Assembly (NCBI GenBank): GCA_005223125.1
Contig: NJBH01000044.1
Location: forward strand, 1-25,026
Direction of reading: 5' to 3'
Origin: Promethearchaeota archaeon Loki_b32
GTDB taxonomy: Archaea; Asgardarchaeota; Lokiarchaeia; Sigyniarchaeales; SOKP01
DNA length: 25,026 nucleotides
Below the pieces are notes generated by a model, which made no database searches, was not told the origin of the DNA, and saw only the letters and a program-made list of their open reading frames with translations. The translations under genes were made by a program, and so were the position numbers. Of this stretch, positions 7,552-19,013 are shown in pieces (the stretch's first letter is position 1; each line of letters starts with the position of its first letter).

Positions 7552-8736
7552 TTACTCTGGTATTACTTCATTTAAGCATTTTATAGCATTTAAAGTTCTG
7601 GGGTATCCCACATAAGGTAATAATTGTGTAATCACACTTAGTAGTATTTTTTTATCGTTACCTACATTCACATTGCCCTGAATATGTCCTTTTATTTGAG
7701 GTTCAGTTCCACCCAAAGCTATAAGCATAGAAAGGGTCAAAAGTTCTCTTGTTTTTATATCAAATCCGTTTCTGGTATAATAATCACCAAAACAATTTGC
7801 TGATAAATATTTTTGGATATGAAGTTGATTTTCAGGTGATTCTTTATACATTCTATCAATCATCTCCCCGAAGATTTCTTTTTGCAATTCTAATCCCTTT
7901 TCAAACCTAGTCTCAGGTGTAGTTGTAGATTGACGTTCTAATGGTAATTTTATTCCTCTGCTTTGCAATATTTCATTTGTGACATGGATAAAATCAAAAA
8001 CTTTTGCAATCCCTACATACGGCACAGACTGATATACAATTTCCTTAATTTCGACAGGCGTTATACCAACGTTTAGAGCGGCACTAAGCATCACTTTATA
8101 TTCACTTAAAGCCTGACTTGCAATGGTTGACGCTAAAATCATCATTACCCTTGTCCGTGTATCTAAGTCTCCATAACTGATTACTTCATCGAAAGCAAAA
8201 TTGTCAAAAACTTCAATCAGCTCCGGGTCCGTTATTTGTAGCGTTGATTTATGATTGGGAAACAATTCCTCGTGGTTTCTGATTGCAGCTTCTGTCAGAT
8301 TCACTTTTTTAGTTTTAGAACTTTCAGATTGACAACTGCTATATTCTTCGTCGGTTACTGGTGCCAACCATTCCACAGCACCTTGCTTCGTGTTGTTGGT
8401 AACAACGATATGGGTGAAACTGCTGTCATGCGCAGCGCCATGCCAGTGTTCAACATGAGATGGGATAACTACCACGTCGCCTTTAATAAGTAACCTTGTT
8501 GGTTTGCCTCTTTCCTGGTAATAGCCTTTGCCATCGGTAACGAGCAGTATTTGTCCTGCCGGATGTTTATGCCAGTTGGTTCTGCAACCCGGCTCGAATA
8601 CTACATTACCTATCGCATAACTCCCAGTTTCATCCTGCGGAACCAGGATATTCACCCATGCAGTTCCGGTGAAGTAATCAGCAGATGCTTTTTCACCTTT
8701 CGGGAAAATTGCATTTTGATTTTCTATAGTATTCAT
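7552..8736 (-). CDS. Cupin domain plus carboxymuconolactone decarboxylase (CMD/AhpD-like) fusion protein
   Basis: Cupin motifs FEPGCRTNWHKHPAGQIL and HWHGA; two CMD repeats (FAFDEV...LDTRTR...PYVG and CFGDYYTR...TRELL...PYVGYPR). Confidence 0.9.
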   Translation of the reverse strand: MNTIENQNAIFPKGEKASADYFTGTAWVNILVPQDETGSYAIGNVVFEPGCRTNWHKHPAGQILLVTDGKGYYQERGKPTRLLIKGDVVVIPSHVEHWHGAAHDSSFTHIVVTNNTKQGAVEWLAPVTDEEYSSCQSESSKTKKVNLTEAAIRNHEELFPNHKSTLQITDPELIEVFDNFAFDEVISYGDLDTRTRVMMILASTIASQALSEYKVMLSAALNVGITPVEIKEIVYQSVPYVGIAKVFDFIHVTNEILQSRGIKLPLERQSTTTPETRFEKGLELQKEIFGEMIDRMYKESPENQLHIQKYLSANCFGDYYTRNGFDIKTRELLTLSMLIALGGTEPQIKGHIQGNVNVGNDKKILLSVITQLLPYVGYPRTLNAIKCLNEVIPE

Positions 8737-8754
8737 AATATCTCTCTTTACTTT

Positions 8755-9756
<1,002 letters not shown>

Positions 9757-9824
9757 TTAATTTTGTTTTCCTTTATTATTAAATTATAAAAAATTTCAAT
9801 TTAAATTTAGCTCTTATTTTCTTA

Positions 9825-10940
9825 CTATAATGGTTTCAATACCTTCCTAGCATCTTTAAGCAGTTCGGTGATTTTTATTCTCTGTGGACATACTGTTTCA
9901 CATTCCTTACAATCGTTACAATCGTCTGCCTTACCATACCGAGCACCTACTGCGTCATATAAAATATTTTGCCATCCACCTGCAGTGAACATCTTACGGT
10001 TATTATATAAACCAATGTAAGCTGGAATTGCTAGATTTTTAAGACAGACTTTTTGACATGCTCCACAATAGGTACATTTGTTTGGAGCTTTTCTGTTAAG
10101 AATATTTTGTGCTTTTTCAATCAATATTTGTTCTTCATTATTGAGCTGAGTGAGCTGATCAAAAGTATTCATATTATCCATTAATTGCTCAATGGTGCTC
10201 ATTCCAGATAAAATCATGAAGACATTATCCAAAGAAGCAACCCAACGCAATGCCCATGCTGCAGCACTTATTTTTGGGTTACATTTCTTAAACATCGCTT
10301 CGATTTCTTCTGGAACATTAGCTAATACTCCACCTTTCAAAGGTTCCATAACAATAACTTGCTTATTATGCTCCAAAACGGTTTCATAGCATTTTCTAAT
10401 TTCAATACCATCATTTATCCAATCAATATAGTTTACAATTAATTGAACATATTCCATCTCAGGATGATTGGAGAGAATATAATCCAAAGTTTCAGCCGTA
10501 TCATGGAACGAAAAACCTATATGTTTAACTTTTCCTACTTCTTTCATCTTTTTTAAAAATTCAAACCCTCCAAATTTCTCACTTGAATCCACCGTAGTAG
10601 AACTTAATGCATGAAGCCAATAATAATCAAAATACTCCAATCCACAACGACCCAACTGTTCACTAAAATATTTCTGATAATCCTCATATTTCTGAATCAA
10701 CCAAACCGGCATTTTATCTGTAACTGTATATGCACTTCGCGGATAACGTTTTACTAAGGCTTCTCTTATGGCAATTTCACTCTTGCCTTGATGGTAGACA
10801 TAACTTGTATCAAAAAATATATACCCCCTATCTAAATAAGCATCCACCATTTTTTTAAAAATATCGATATTTACACTACCATATTCGTTCCCAATCAATG
10901 GTAGTCTCAATGTTCCAAAACCTAATTTTTTTTGTACCAT
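9825..10940 (-). CDS. Aldo/keto reductase with C-terminal 4Fe-4S dicluster domain
   Basis: LGFGTLRLP, FDTSYVY, DYYWLH, IGFSFH, MEPLKGG, CTYCGACQKVC and CNDCKECETVCPQ. Start placed at ATG 10940, downstream of an AGGTGA SD, rather than 10973. Confidence 0.92.
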   Translation of the reverse strand: MVQKKLGFGTLRLPLIGNEYGSVNIDIFKKMVDAYLDRGYIFFDTSYVYHQGKSEIAIREALVKRYPRSAYTVTDKMPVWLIQKYEDYQKYFSEQLGRCGLEYFDYYWLHALSSTTVDSSEKFGGFEFLKKMKEVGKVKHIGFSFHDTAETLDYILSNHPEMEYVQLIVNYIDWINDGIEIRKCYETVLEHNKQVIVMEPLKGGVLANVPEEIEAMFKKCNPKISAAAWALRWVASLDNVFMILSGMSTIEQLMDNMNTFDQLTQLNNEEQILIEKAQNILNRKAPNKCTYCGACQKVCLKNLAIPAYIGLYNNRKMFTAGGWQNILYDAVGARYGKADDCNDCKECETVCPQRIKITELLKDARKVLKPL

Positions 10941-10964
10941 CTTATTTTCACCTTTTCTTGATTC

Positions 10965-11159
10965 ACTCCACACTCAATCCATTCAAGATTGCCTTTTATT
11001 AACTCGTCAAGCACAACCGAATAAATTCCATTTCTTTTGATGCTTCCCCCTCCATACACTAATAAGACTTTATTACCCCCATTTTCTCTGATTGCAGAAG
11101 CTAGGTTTTTAATTTGATCTTTTCCAAAATAAACTTTTTCCTAACTTTCTGTATTTCAT
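10965..11159 (-). pseudogene. Chimeric remnant: AKR-type start (MKYRKLGK) joined to a frameshifted N-terminal fragment of an iron-containing (butanol) alcohol dehydrogenase
   Basis: After MKYRKLGK the sequence reads KVYFGKDQIKNLASAIRENG / GNKVLLVYGG / GSIKRNGIYSVVLDELIKGNLEWIECG, with two frameshifts in G runs. Confidence 0.85.
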
Positions 11160-11305
11160 TTTTTATATCCTTACTATTTGTGTAAGTATATTATATTAAA
11201 TAAAAATCAAGGAATTTTATAATTTATATTTTTAGTATAAAACAGTTATTTTTTATAAAAACTAAATATTCTTAATCGTGTTTTTTCTAAATACAGCTTT
11301 TTTTA

Positions 11306-11524
11306 TTATATCATTTCAAGTTTATACAGCCACTTTGATACCTTATTCAGCGCATTTTTTACGTCTCTACCTCGAACTTCAAAACCGTCAAGAATAGTTG
11401 ACATTAGGCAAAGTGTCTTGATGTTTTCAACGCTTCTTCCCAAATAGCTTCCTTTGTAAGTGCAAAATGGTATAATTGTTTTTTCAGAAAAATCATATTC
11501 CGACAAAAACGTTACAACCGGCAT
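11306..11524 (-). pseudogene. Flavodoxin, C-terminal fragment (5' truncated)
   Basis: MPVVTFLSEYDFSEKTIIPFCTYKGSYLGRS...ILDGFEVRG; the N-terminal FMN-binding loop is absent. Confidence 0.85.
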
Positions 11525-11723
11525 GCGTAAACAAAAAACATATATAATAGACGAACTTAAACAAAAATTAGATAACTACAATCGTTCTAACTAATTAGCC
11601 TTGCTAATTATTCCTTTTTTCCTCAAATTTTAGTATCTATTGTATTTAAAATATCTTACTTATCATATTTCTAAGTTATTCTGAAAAATTTGTAACTTTT
11701 CAAAATAACTTAAAATTTTTTTT

Positions 11724-11870
11724 AATTTATTTTGGAATTTTCTAAATTATTTTGAAAAGTTACACTAGTGATTTCTTTCTATGAGAGAATTGTAATCGAA
11801 CTCTGTCCCTTCTTTTTTCAGATTCTAAATCGATCTTTTGTTTCTTCCCGAAGTTCTATGAAAACAATAA
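11724..11870 (-). pseudogene. Possible frameshifted small ribbon-helix-helix/antitoxin-like protein
   Basis: IELREETKDRF / NLKKEGTEFDYNSLIEEI with one frameshift; resembles archaeal 'tI.vseetk.rL..lK..gesyd.vi' proteins. Confidence 0.35.
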
Positions 11871-11871
11871 A

Positions 11872-12075
11872 TTAAAATATTCTGAACTAATGTTAGATGG
11901 ATTACAAGTAAATCCTTTAGGAAATGCTATCATGGGTATTATCGCTTGTCGCTACTTCTCCCTTCCAGATCCCGTTTTTATGGATAGATCTTTCGGTAAA
12001 AAAGTACGAGAGTATTTAGTTCTTATTAAAAAAAATATAGGATTACCTCCAAAAACAAAGCAACTTAAAATCTAA
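11872..12075 (+). pseudogene. C-terminal fragment of an SGNH/GDSL hydrolase-like protein
   Basis: ELMLDGLQVNPLGNAIMG resembles block V DGlHpn..G..ima, with the catalytic His replaced by Gln; no N-terminal blocks. Confidence 0.5.
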
Positions 12076-12080
12076 TATTA

Positions 12081-14111
12081 TTAATTGATGTATTCGATTT
12101 TACATTTAAGCCGAATATCTCTTGAGGAACTACCAATTAAAATATTGAATTCTCCTTCTTCTGTTTTCCAACTTCTACTATTCTCATCAAAGAACGAAAG
12201 ATCTCTTTTTCCGATGGTAAACATGACATTAGATTTTTCACCAGGTTTAAGTTTGATTTTTTTGAACCCTTTTAATTCTTTGATAGGTCTTTCTATACTA
12301 GATACAATATCTTGAATATATAATTGCACTACTTCTGCACCAGAACAATCACCAGAGTTAATTATATCAACTGTAATAGTAACTAATTCATCACCAGATA
12401 TTTTTTCTCCATCCAGTCTTAAATTCTCATAAACAAAAGTAGTGTAGGATAATCCGTAACCAAAAGGAAAGAGGGGTTCAATATTTTTAGAATCAAAATA
12501 ACGATAACCTACAAAAATCCCCTCATCATAGTATACGTTCTCATCTCCAGGATAAGTTCGCTCAGACACATGTGCTGGGGAATCAGAGAGATATTTTGGA
12601 AATGTTATGGGAAGTTTACCTGATGGATTAACTTCCCCAAAGATCAAGGCGGAAAGTGCATTTCCTACTTCCATGCCGCCATACCACGCGTACATCACTA
12701 CGGGAACCTTTTCCATCCACTCGATCATGGACACCGGACTTCCTGCAACCATGATTACTATTGTATTCGAGTTTTCATCAACGGTTTTTTCAATAAGATC
12801 AATCTGTTCTTGAGGCAGTTTAAATATATCCTTGTCATATCCTTCAGCATCCATTCCTTTTATATGCTTGAGTCCAGCAAAAATAAGAGCTACATCCGCA
12901 TTAGCTGGAGTATCAGTTATCTCGATTTTCCCTTCGCATTTTGTTTGTAATCCTTTAAGGGGTGTAATCTCATAAGGGGGAAAATTAGTGGAACTCCCAC
13001 CTCCTAAGTAAGTTTGTAAATTCGCATTTGGTCCTATAACCGCAATTTTACTCAATTTCTCCATGTTTAGAGGAAGAAGATTTCCTTCATTCTTTAATAG
13101 CACTAGCCCTTCTTCAGCAATTTCACAAGCCAAGTTTTGATGTTCTTTAGTATTTCTACTCCCTTGAGGTAAAGTACTCTCGTCATCAAATAAACCAGTC
13201 AAAAACATTACCCTCAACAAACGTTTGATGTTGTCATTAAGTATTTCTTCTGTGAATTTGCCTTCATCAAAAGCATTTTTCATTTTGATAGGGAGATATT
13301 TCTTTTGCATTGGCATTTCTAGTGATAAACCAGCATTAATACAACTTTCTGTGCTAGATGTAAGATCTGTAGCGTTCCAATCTGAAACGACGAAACCTAT
13401 AAATCCCCATTTTTTCATCAATATTTCCCTTAGTAGATGGTGGTGTTCAGAACCATATATTCCGTTTATTTTATTATAACTACTCATGATTGACCAGGCA
13501 TCTGCTTCTTGAACAGCTGCTTTAAATGCAGGAAAATATATTTCTTGCAGAGCTCTTTCGCTAACTTCAGCATTAATAGTAAATCGGTTGATTTCCTGAT
13601 TATTGCAGATAAAGTGTTTTACACATGCCGCAATTCTTTGACTTTGAATGCCTTTTACAACTGGGATAACAAGTTTTTTATTCAAATATGGATCTTCTGT
13701 TTGATATTCAAACGTTCGCCCACACATAGGCGTTCTATGAATGTTAATTCCTGGGGCGAGTAACATCTGAGCTCCAACATCCCTTACTTCTTGTGCTATA
13801 GCAATTCCAAATTTCTCAGATAACTTAGGATTCCAAGTAGAAGCTCTACAAATAGCTGAAGGAAAATAGGTAGCCTGTGTCTTACCTTGAATATCTACCC
13901 GAACACCATGAGGGCCATCATGCATTGCAAATGATTTTATCCCTAACCTTCTTATTGGTTTGGTATACCACATCCAGCTTCCTGCACTGAGTTTGAACTT
14001 TTCTTTTAAAGTTAACCGACTCAATAGATCCTCTACTCTTTCTTCAACACTGAAATTACTATTCATATAAGGAAGGTTTAATAATTCCTCTTTAGAAAGT
14101 TCTTCTCTCAT
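12081..14111 (-). CDS. GH3 beta-glucosidase (cytoplasmic, with C-terminal FnIII-like domain)
   Basis: DGPHGVR, APGINIHRTP.CGRTFEY..EDP, KHF, nucleophile VVSDW, EGYD, GKLPITFP, YDEGIFVGYRYFD, PFGYGLSYTTF, EVVQLY. Confidence 0.95.
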   Translation of the reverse strand: MREELSKEELLNLPYMNSNFSVEERVEDLLSRLTLKEKFKLSAGSWMWYTKPIRRLGIKSFAMHDGPHGVRVDIQGKTQATYFPSAICRASTWNPKLSEKFGIAIAQEVRDVGAQMLLAPGINIHRTPMCGRTFEYQTEDPYLNKKLVIPVVKGIQSQRIAACVKHFICNNQEINRFTINAEVSERALQEIYFPAFKAAVQEADAWSIMSSYNKINGIYGSEHHHLLREILMKKWGFIGFVVSDWNATDLTSSTESCINAGLSLEMPMQKKYLPIKMKNAFDEGKFTEEILNDNIKRLLRVMFLTGLFDDESTLPQGSRNTKEHQNLACEIAEEGLVLLKNEGNLLPLNMEKLSKIAVIGPNANLQTYLGGGSSTNFPPYEITPLKGLQTKCEGKIEITDTPANADVALIFAGLKHIKGMDAEGYDKDIFKLPQEQIDLIEKTVDENSNTIVIMVAGSPVSMIEWMEKVPVVMYAWYGGMEVGNALSALIFGEVNPSGKLPITFPKYLSDSPAHVSERTYPGDENVYYDEGIFVGYRYFDSKNIEPLFPFGYGLSYTTFVYENLRLDGEKISGDELVTITVDIINSGDCSGAEVVQLYIQDIVSSIERPIKELKGFKKIKLKPGEKSNVMFTIGKRDLSFFDENSRSWKTEEGEFNILIGSSSRDIRLKCKIEYIN

Positions 14112-14154
14112 TTATGCAATCCTCTTTTATTTTAATTTCATACAAATTAATTCG

Positions 14155-14262
14155 TTACTTTTTATTAATAATATCTTTTAAAATGAGGTCTTTAGTTTTA
14201 CCAATTAGAATGTTTGTATCTTCTCCTCGTTTTTTAATTTCTTCATAAGGAACTTTTAACAT
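14155..14262 (-). pseudogene. C-terminal tail remnant of a GlpA/LhgO-type BFD-domain oxidoreductase
   Basis: LKVPYEEIKKRGEDTNILIGKTKDLILKDIINKK-stop matches the tail that follows the BFD domain (elgip.eei.k.g.gs.il.g.tK). It overlaps the LNIPYE end of the 5475-5659 fragment. Confidence 0.6.
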
Positions 14263-14280
14263 TTATTTTATTTAATATCT

Positions 14281-14637
14281 ATGATGACTAGTTTAAATAA
14301 ATTTTTCCGTTTAACGGAAGATCAAGTTTAACATGCCTGTAAAGTTTTATCGCGGGCTTTTTATGATAATCCAGGCTTTGTTTACCTCATTCCAGATGAT
14401 TCTGAAAGAAAAGAAAAATTGAAGTATGTCTTTGAATATATAATTCGTTATGATGTTTTATATGGAGAAGTATATCCACCATCTTCTGATCTTGAAGGAA
14501 TTGCTGGATGGATTCCTTCTGAATATGCACATAAAACATATGAGAGGCAAATTCGGAGTGGCGGAAGGAAAGTTGTTGCTAAACTTGGCATGGAATTTCA
14601 TAAAAGATCGAAGAATCTTGAAGAATTAATCAATTGA
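14281..14637 (+). pseudogene. GNAT family N-acetyltransferase, N-terminal half with a premature stop
   Basis: MMTSLNKFFRLTEDQV*HACKVLSRAFYDNP...YGEVY..SSDLEGIAGWIP; ends where it meets the GH94 stop, before the acetyl-CoA-binding motif. Confidence 0.75.
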
Positions 14638-17083
14638 TTTTAACACTAATAAAAATTTCCTTAATCTTTGGAGGAGGTGGTGGAATAAAATTTCCATCAA
14701 TTTGTTTATTATTTACATATACTATAGAATTATTACCTTTACCAACCCGTTCTACAGAAATAGAATATTTCACACCTCGAAAAATTCGAGTAGCTTGAAA
14801 ACCTGACCAACTTTTAGGAATTATTGGTGAGATATATAATCCCTTGTACGTAGGACGGATACCAAGAATCCAATTTGTTATAGCAATAAAATTCCAAGTT
14901 GCTGTACCTGTTAACCAAGAGTTTTTAGCTTCTCCAAAAGTTGAAGCATCTTTTCCAGCGATCATTTGAGCGTAAATGTATGGTTCACAGCGGTGAACTT
15001 CGCTAATAGTTTCTCGTGCTGATGGATTGATACGAGTATAATAATCGTGAGCCTGATCACCATGTCCAACCATCGCTTCAGCGATCATAATCCAAGGATT
15101 ACTATGACAAAATATAGAACCATTTTCTTTGTATCCCGGCGGATAAGATGAGATTTCACCTAAATGTATGTAGTATTGAGAATATGGTGGTTGACAAAGC
15201 ATAATACCATGAGGGGTAGCTAATTTACTTTTTACAGAATTGAGCGCTTTTTCTGCAAAGCCTTCTTCTATACCAACTCCTGCCATAATACAATATCCTT
15301 GTGGTTCAATGAATATTTGACCTTCTTCACATTCATGAGATCCAATTTTATTTCCAAAATTATCATAAGCTCGAACAAACCATTCTCCGTCCCAGCCATA
15401 TTTCAAGATTGCGGAATTCATATTTTCTGCCCATTCGAGATATAATTTAGTCTCGTCCAATGAATTTTTTTGCTTAAGGATTTTAATAAATTCTTTTAGG
15501 GCAGCAATAAATAATCCTGCGATAAAGACAGATTCTGCAACTTTACCCTCCTTATTTTTTGTGGTTTGAAACGATTGATCAGGATTATCTGAAAAGCAAT
15601 TTAGATTCAAGCAATCATTCCAATCCGCACGACCAATTAGAGGTAAATCATGTGGTCCTAATCTATCATGTATATATTGTAAACTACACTGCAAATGATT
15701 GAAAAGAGGTTGTTCAGTTCCAGGTTCATTATTGAATTGTACTAGCTCGTCTAGAATGTTCAAATCTCCTGTTTCTTTTAAATAAGCAGAAACACTTAAA
15801 ACTAACCAAAGTGGATCATCATTAAATTCACTACCTATATCATGATTACCTTTTTTGGTTAGTGGTTGGTATTGATGATAAGCACCGCCTGTTATAAGTT
15901 GTGTAGCGGCTAAATCTAAAATACGTTTTTTAGCTTCTATTGGAACCAAATGCATAAAACCTAACATATCTTGATTTGAATCCCGAAAACCTATTCCTCT
16001 ACTAATTCCAGATTCAAAAAATGAAGCAGATCTTGATAATTTGAATGTTATCATATTTTGATATGGATTCCAAATATTTACCATTCTGTTAGTATGAATA
16101 TCAGGTGTATTTACATGAAATATATTTAATAAATTGTTCCAATAATTATTTAGAGATGCAAAAGCCTTTTCTACATTTATTGGATTTAAATATTTTGAAA
16201 TTACTTCTTTAACAGTTTTCTTATTAATTTTCTGTGTTCCAATAGGATCAAATCTATTGTCAATATTGTTTTCGTGGTAGCCAAGAATAAAAATAATCTG
16301 TTTTGATTCATTAGGATTTAGAATAAGATTAATATGATGAGACCCTATAGGTGACCAGCCAAAGGCATAAGAATTTGAGGATTGTCCACTTTCTACTACA
16401 ATTGGGTTTTCCCAACCCCTATATGACCCTAAAAAGTTTTCTCGTTGTGTATCAAAACCTTCAAGAGAATCTGAACAAGCAAAAAAAGCAAAATGATTTC
16501 TTCTCTCACGATATTCTGTTTTATGATAAATAACTCCATCTTCAATCTCAATTTCACCAGTATTAAAATTTCTTTGAAAATTTGTAGAATCATCAATAGC
16601 ATTCCATAAACAAAACTCAATACAAGAGAAGATTGATAAATCAACAGGATTTTTACGGTGATTTTTAATTGAAAGCTGCCAAATTTCTAAATTATCACCT
16701 AAAGGTACTATATAACGAATTTTAGCTTCAATCTTTTTATAAAAAGAACTAATTATAGTATATCCTAAACCATGTCTGCACTTGTATTGTTCTAATTTAC
16801 TTCGAGTTGGTTGCCAAGTTGGAGACCAAAATTCTTTTTTTTTATTTTCTCGAATATATAAATAGCGTCCACCAAAATCAGTAGGAACATTATTATAACG
16901 ATATCGAGTTAATCTTCGTAATCGAGCATCCTTATAAAAAGAATATCCCCCAGCAGTGTTGGAGATGATACCAAAATATGACTCGCACCCTAAGTAATTA
17001 ATCCATGGAAGAGGAGTATCTGGTCTTGTAATAACATATTCCTTGTTTTCATCATCAAAATATCCATATTTCAAAATATTCAC
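14630..17083 (-). CDS. cbpA: Cellobiose phosphorylase (GH94)
   Basis: Close match to Thermotoga/Clostridium CBP motifs: YKDARLRRLTRYRYNNVP, DDSTNFQRN, YHKTEYRERRNH, GRADWNDCLNLNCFS..PDQSFQT, GEISSYPPGYKENG. The true start may be TTG at 17074, after an AGGTGA SD. Confidence 0.93.
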   Translation of the reverse strand: MNILKYGYFDDENKEYVITRPDTPLPWINYLGCESYFGIISNTAGGYSFYKDARLRRLTRYRYNNVPTDFGGRYLYIRENKKKEFWSPTWQPTRSKLEQYKCRHGLGYTIISSFYKKIEAKIRYIVPLGDNLEIWQLSIKNHRKNPVDLSIFSCIEFCLWNAIDDSTNFQRNFNTGEIEIEDGVIYHKTEYRERRNHFAFFACSDSLEGFDTQRENFLGSYRGWENPIVVESGQSSNSYAFGWSPIGSHHINLILNPNESKQIIFILGYHENNIDNRFDPIGTQKINKKTVKEVISKYLNPINVEKAFASLNNYWNNLLNIFHVNTPDIHTNRMVNIWNPYQNMITFKLSRSASFFESGISRGIGFRDSNQDMLGFMHLVPIEAKKRILDLAATQLITGGAYHQYQPLTKKGNHDIGSEFNDDPLWLVLSVSAYLKETGDLNILDELVQFNNEPGTEQPLFNHLQCSLQYIHDRLGPHDLPLIGRADWNDCLNLNCFSDNPDQSFQTTKNKEGKVAESVFIAGLFIAALKEFIKILKQKNSLDETKLYLEWAENMNSAILKYGWDGEWFVRAYDNFGNKIGSHECEEGQIFIEPQGYCIMAGVGIEEGFAEKALNSVKSKLATPHGIMLCQPPYSQYYIHLGEISSYPPGYKENGSIFCHSNPWIMIAEAMVGHGDQAHDYYTRINPSARETISEVHRCEPYIYAQMIAGKDASTFGEAKNSWLTGTATWNFIAITNWILGIRPTYKGLYISPIIPKSWSGFQATRIFRGVKYSISVERVGKGNNSIVYVNNKQIDGNFIPPPPPKIKEIFISVKIN

Positions 17084-17182
17084 CTAAATAAAGTTTAACT
17101 TAGAAAAAATGAGAGAATTTTATTGTTTTAATGGAACTCTTTTAATAGAATTTTAAATTTACATTTGAGACCTCAGTCCCAT

Positions 17183-17983
17183 TTAATCTAATTCCCATTT
17201 CCGATAAATGCTTGGGCAACAAGCTAATAGATTTTTAGTGTATGGATGATCAGGATTGAGAAAAACCTCTTCCGTTAGACCTTGCTCCACGATACTCCCT
17301 TCTTTCATAATTAGTACCCGTTCTGATATGTATTGCGCTTGTCCTATATCATGTGAAATAAATATTATTGATATACCTTCCGTATTAGTTGTTCCTTCTT
17401 TTAATTCTTTGAAAAGGTTTAAAATATCTGCCCGGGAGCTCGAATCAATCATACTTGTTGGTTCATCTGCGATTATTAATTTAGGTTTAAATAGTAACGC
17501 TCTTGCAATTAAAACACGCTGTAATTGACCTCCCGAAATTTGGTGTGGAAATCTTCCTAAAATGTCGTCTGTATTAAGCCCTACAATACTTAACGCAGAT
17601 TCAAGAGCTTTTCTTTTATTGGTAATACCCTTTAAACTATATTTAAACACTTGATTTAACATATGATCAATTCTATAAAAATAATTAAAGGAACTATAAG
17701 GGTCTTGAAAGATCCCTTGAACATTTTTATAATAATCTTTCGTTGGGATATCATGGATTTCTTTCCCTTCATAAAATATTTCTCCTTCAGTTGGTTGAAT
17801 AAATCTTAAAATTAAATTAGCAATGGTTGTTTTTCCACTTCCACTTTCACCAACAAGAGAAAGAATCTCTCCAGAATATAACTTAAATGAAGCATTTTCA
17901 ACTGCTATTGTCTCTTTGGTTCTTATAAGACCAGAGGTATATTTTTTTGTAAGATTTTGAATTTTTAGTATTTCCTTCTTCAT
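17183..17983 (-). CDS. Opp/Dpp-family ABC transporter ATP-binding protein (OppF-like)
   Basis: GESGSGKT, FQDP, ISGGQLQR, ADEPT, SHD, HPYT. Confidence 0.95.
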   Translation of the reverse strand: MKKEILKIQNLTKKYTSGLIRTKETIAVENASFKLYSGEILSLVGESGSGKTTIANLILRFIQPTEGEIFYEGKEIHDIPTKDYYKNVQGIFQDPYSSFNYFYRIDHMLNQVFKYSLKGITNKRKALESALSIVGLNTDDILGRFPHQISGGQLQRVLIARALLFKPKLIIADEPTSMIDSSSRADILNLFKELKEGTTNTEGISIIFISHDIGQAQYISERVLIMKEGSIVEQGLTEEVFLNPDHPYTKNLLACCPSIYRKWELD

Positions 17984-17985
17984 TA

Positions 17986-18984
17986 TTAATCACCAACCTC
18001 CTCATATAACCAGCATGCTACTGGATTACTCTCTGTTCTTGGAATGAAAAATGGGGGATAATTTTCCTTGCATTTTTCTAATCTACTTGAACAGCGTGGA
18101 TAAAATCTACAACCTTTAGGAGGATTCTTCAAATCTGGAGGGATTCCTGGAATTCCCTCTAATTTTGTCTCAGCAGACCCATCAGGGTTAAAACATGCTA
18201 TTGAAAACATCAACATTTTAGTATATGGATGTTGAGGATTATTAATGATATCATCCATACTTGCTTTTTCAACAATTCTTCCCGCATACATTATCACACA
18301 TTTATTGCATATTTGTGCTAAGACGGGAATATCATGAGATATAAATAATATCGTCTCAACGATTCCGATTTTCTTTAGATGTATAAATGTTTCTATTAAA
18401 AGTTTTTGAGTAGTAACATCTAATGCACTTGTCGGTTCGTCTACAATTAAGATAAGTGGATTCCATAGAGTAGATATGCCTACAACGACACGTTGTTTCA
18501 TTCCTCCACTAAGTTCATGTGGATATTTATCCATAACTGATTTTTCTAAACCTAATTTTTTAAAGTGTTCGGCTACTTGGTTTAAAACTTTTTCTTTATT
18601 TTTAGGTTTTGTTCCTACGCGTTCCCTCATTGCATCTAATATAAAATTTCTAATCTTTTTAACTGGATTTAATGAATTCTGGGAAGCTTGAGGTACATAT
18701 CCCATCACTTTACAGAGAATTTCTTTTCTTATAACCTCGTCATCTACTCCATACATTGAAAGATCATTAACATAAACTTGTCCTCCCTCATGTTGCAATA
18801 ACTGTATCGGTCTTCCTGTTATTAATTCTGCTAAAGACGTTTTTCCACATCCAGATTCACCTGCTATTCCCATAATATCCCCCTTATTAACAGATAATAA
18901 TACTCCATCAACAGCATGAACAATTCCAAATGATCCTCTATAATAACCTTTAAGATCTTCTATTTTAATTACTTCTTCTGTCAT
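17986..18984 (-). CDS. Opp/Dpp-family ABC transporter ATP-binding protein (OppD-like)
   Basis: GESGCGKT, LSGGMKQR, VDEPTSALD, HPYT, C-terminal GCRFYPRC..C..VACW. Confidence 0.95.
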   Translation of the reverse strand: MTEEVIKIEDLKGYYRGSFGIVHAVDGVLLSVNKGDIMGIAGESGCGKTSLAELITGRPIQLLQHEGGQVYVNDLSMYGVDDEVIRKEILCKVMGYVPQASQNSLNPVKKIRNFILDAMRERVGTKPKNKEKVLNQVAEHFKKLGLEKSVMDKYPHELSGGMKQRVVVGISTLWNPLILIVDEPTSALDVTTQKLLIETFIHLKKIGIVETILFISHDIPVLAQICNKCVIMYAGRIVEKASMDDIINNPQHPYTKMLMFSIACFNPDGSAETKLEGIPGIPPDLKNPPKGCRFYPRCSSRLEKCKENYPPFFIPRTESNPVACWLYEEVGD

Positions 18985-19013
18985 ATTTAAGTTTCTTTCT
19001 TTTTTTTAATATT

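Noticed and set aside
14281-14340. In-frame TAA in the GNAT ORF as stop-codon recoding
   Set aside because: TAA is the normal stop throughout the window and the gene is also 3' truncated, so it is a pseudogene.
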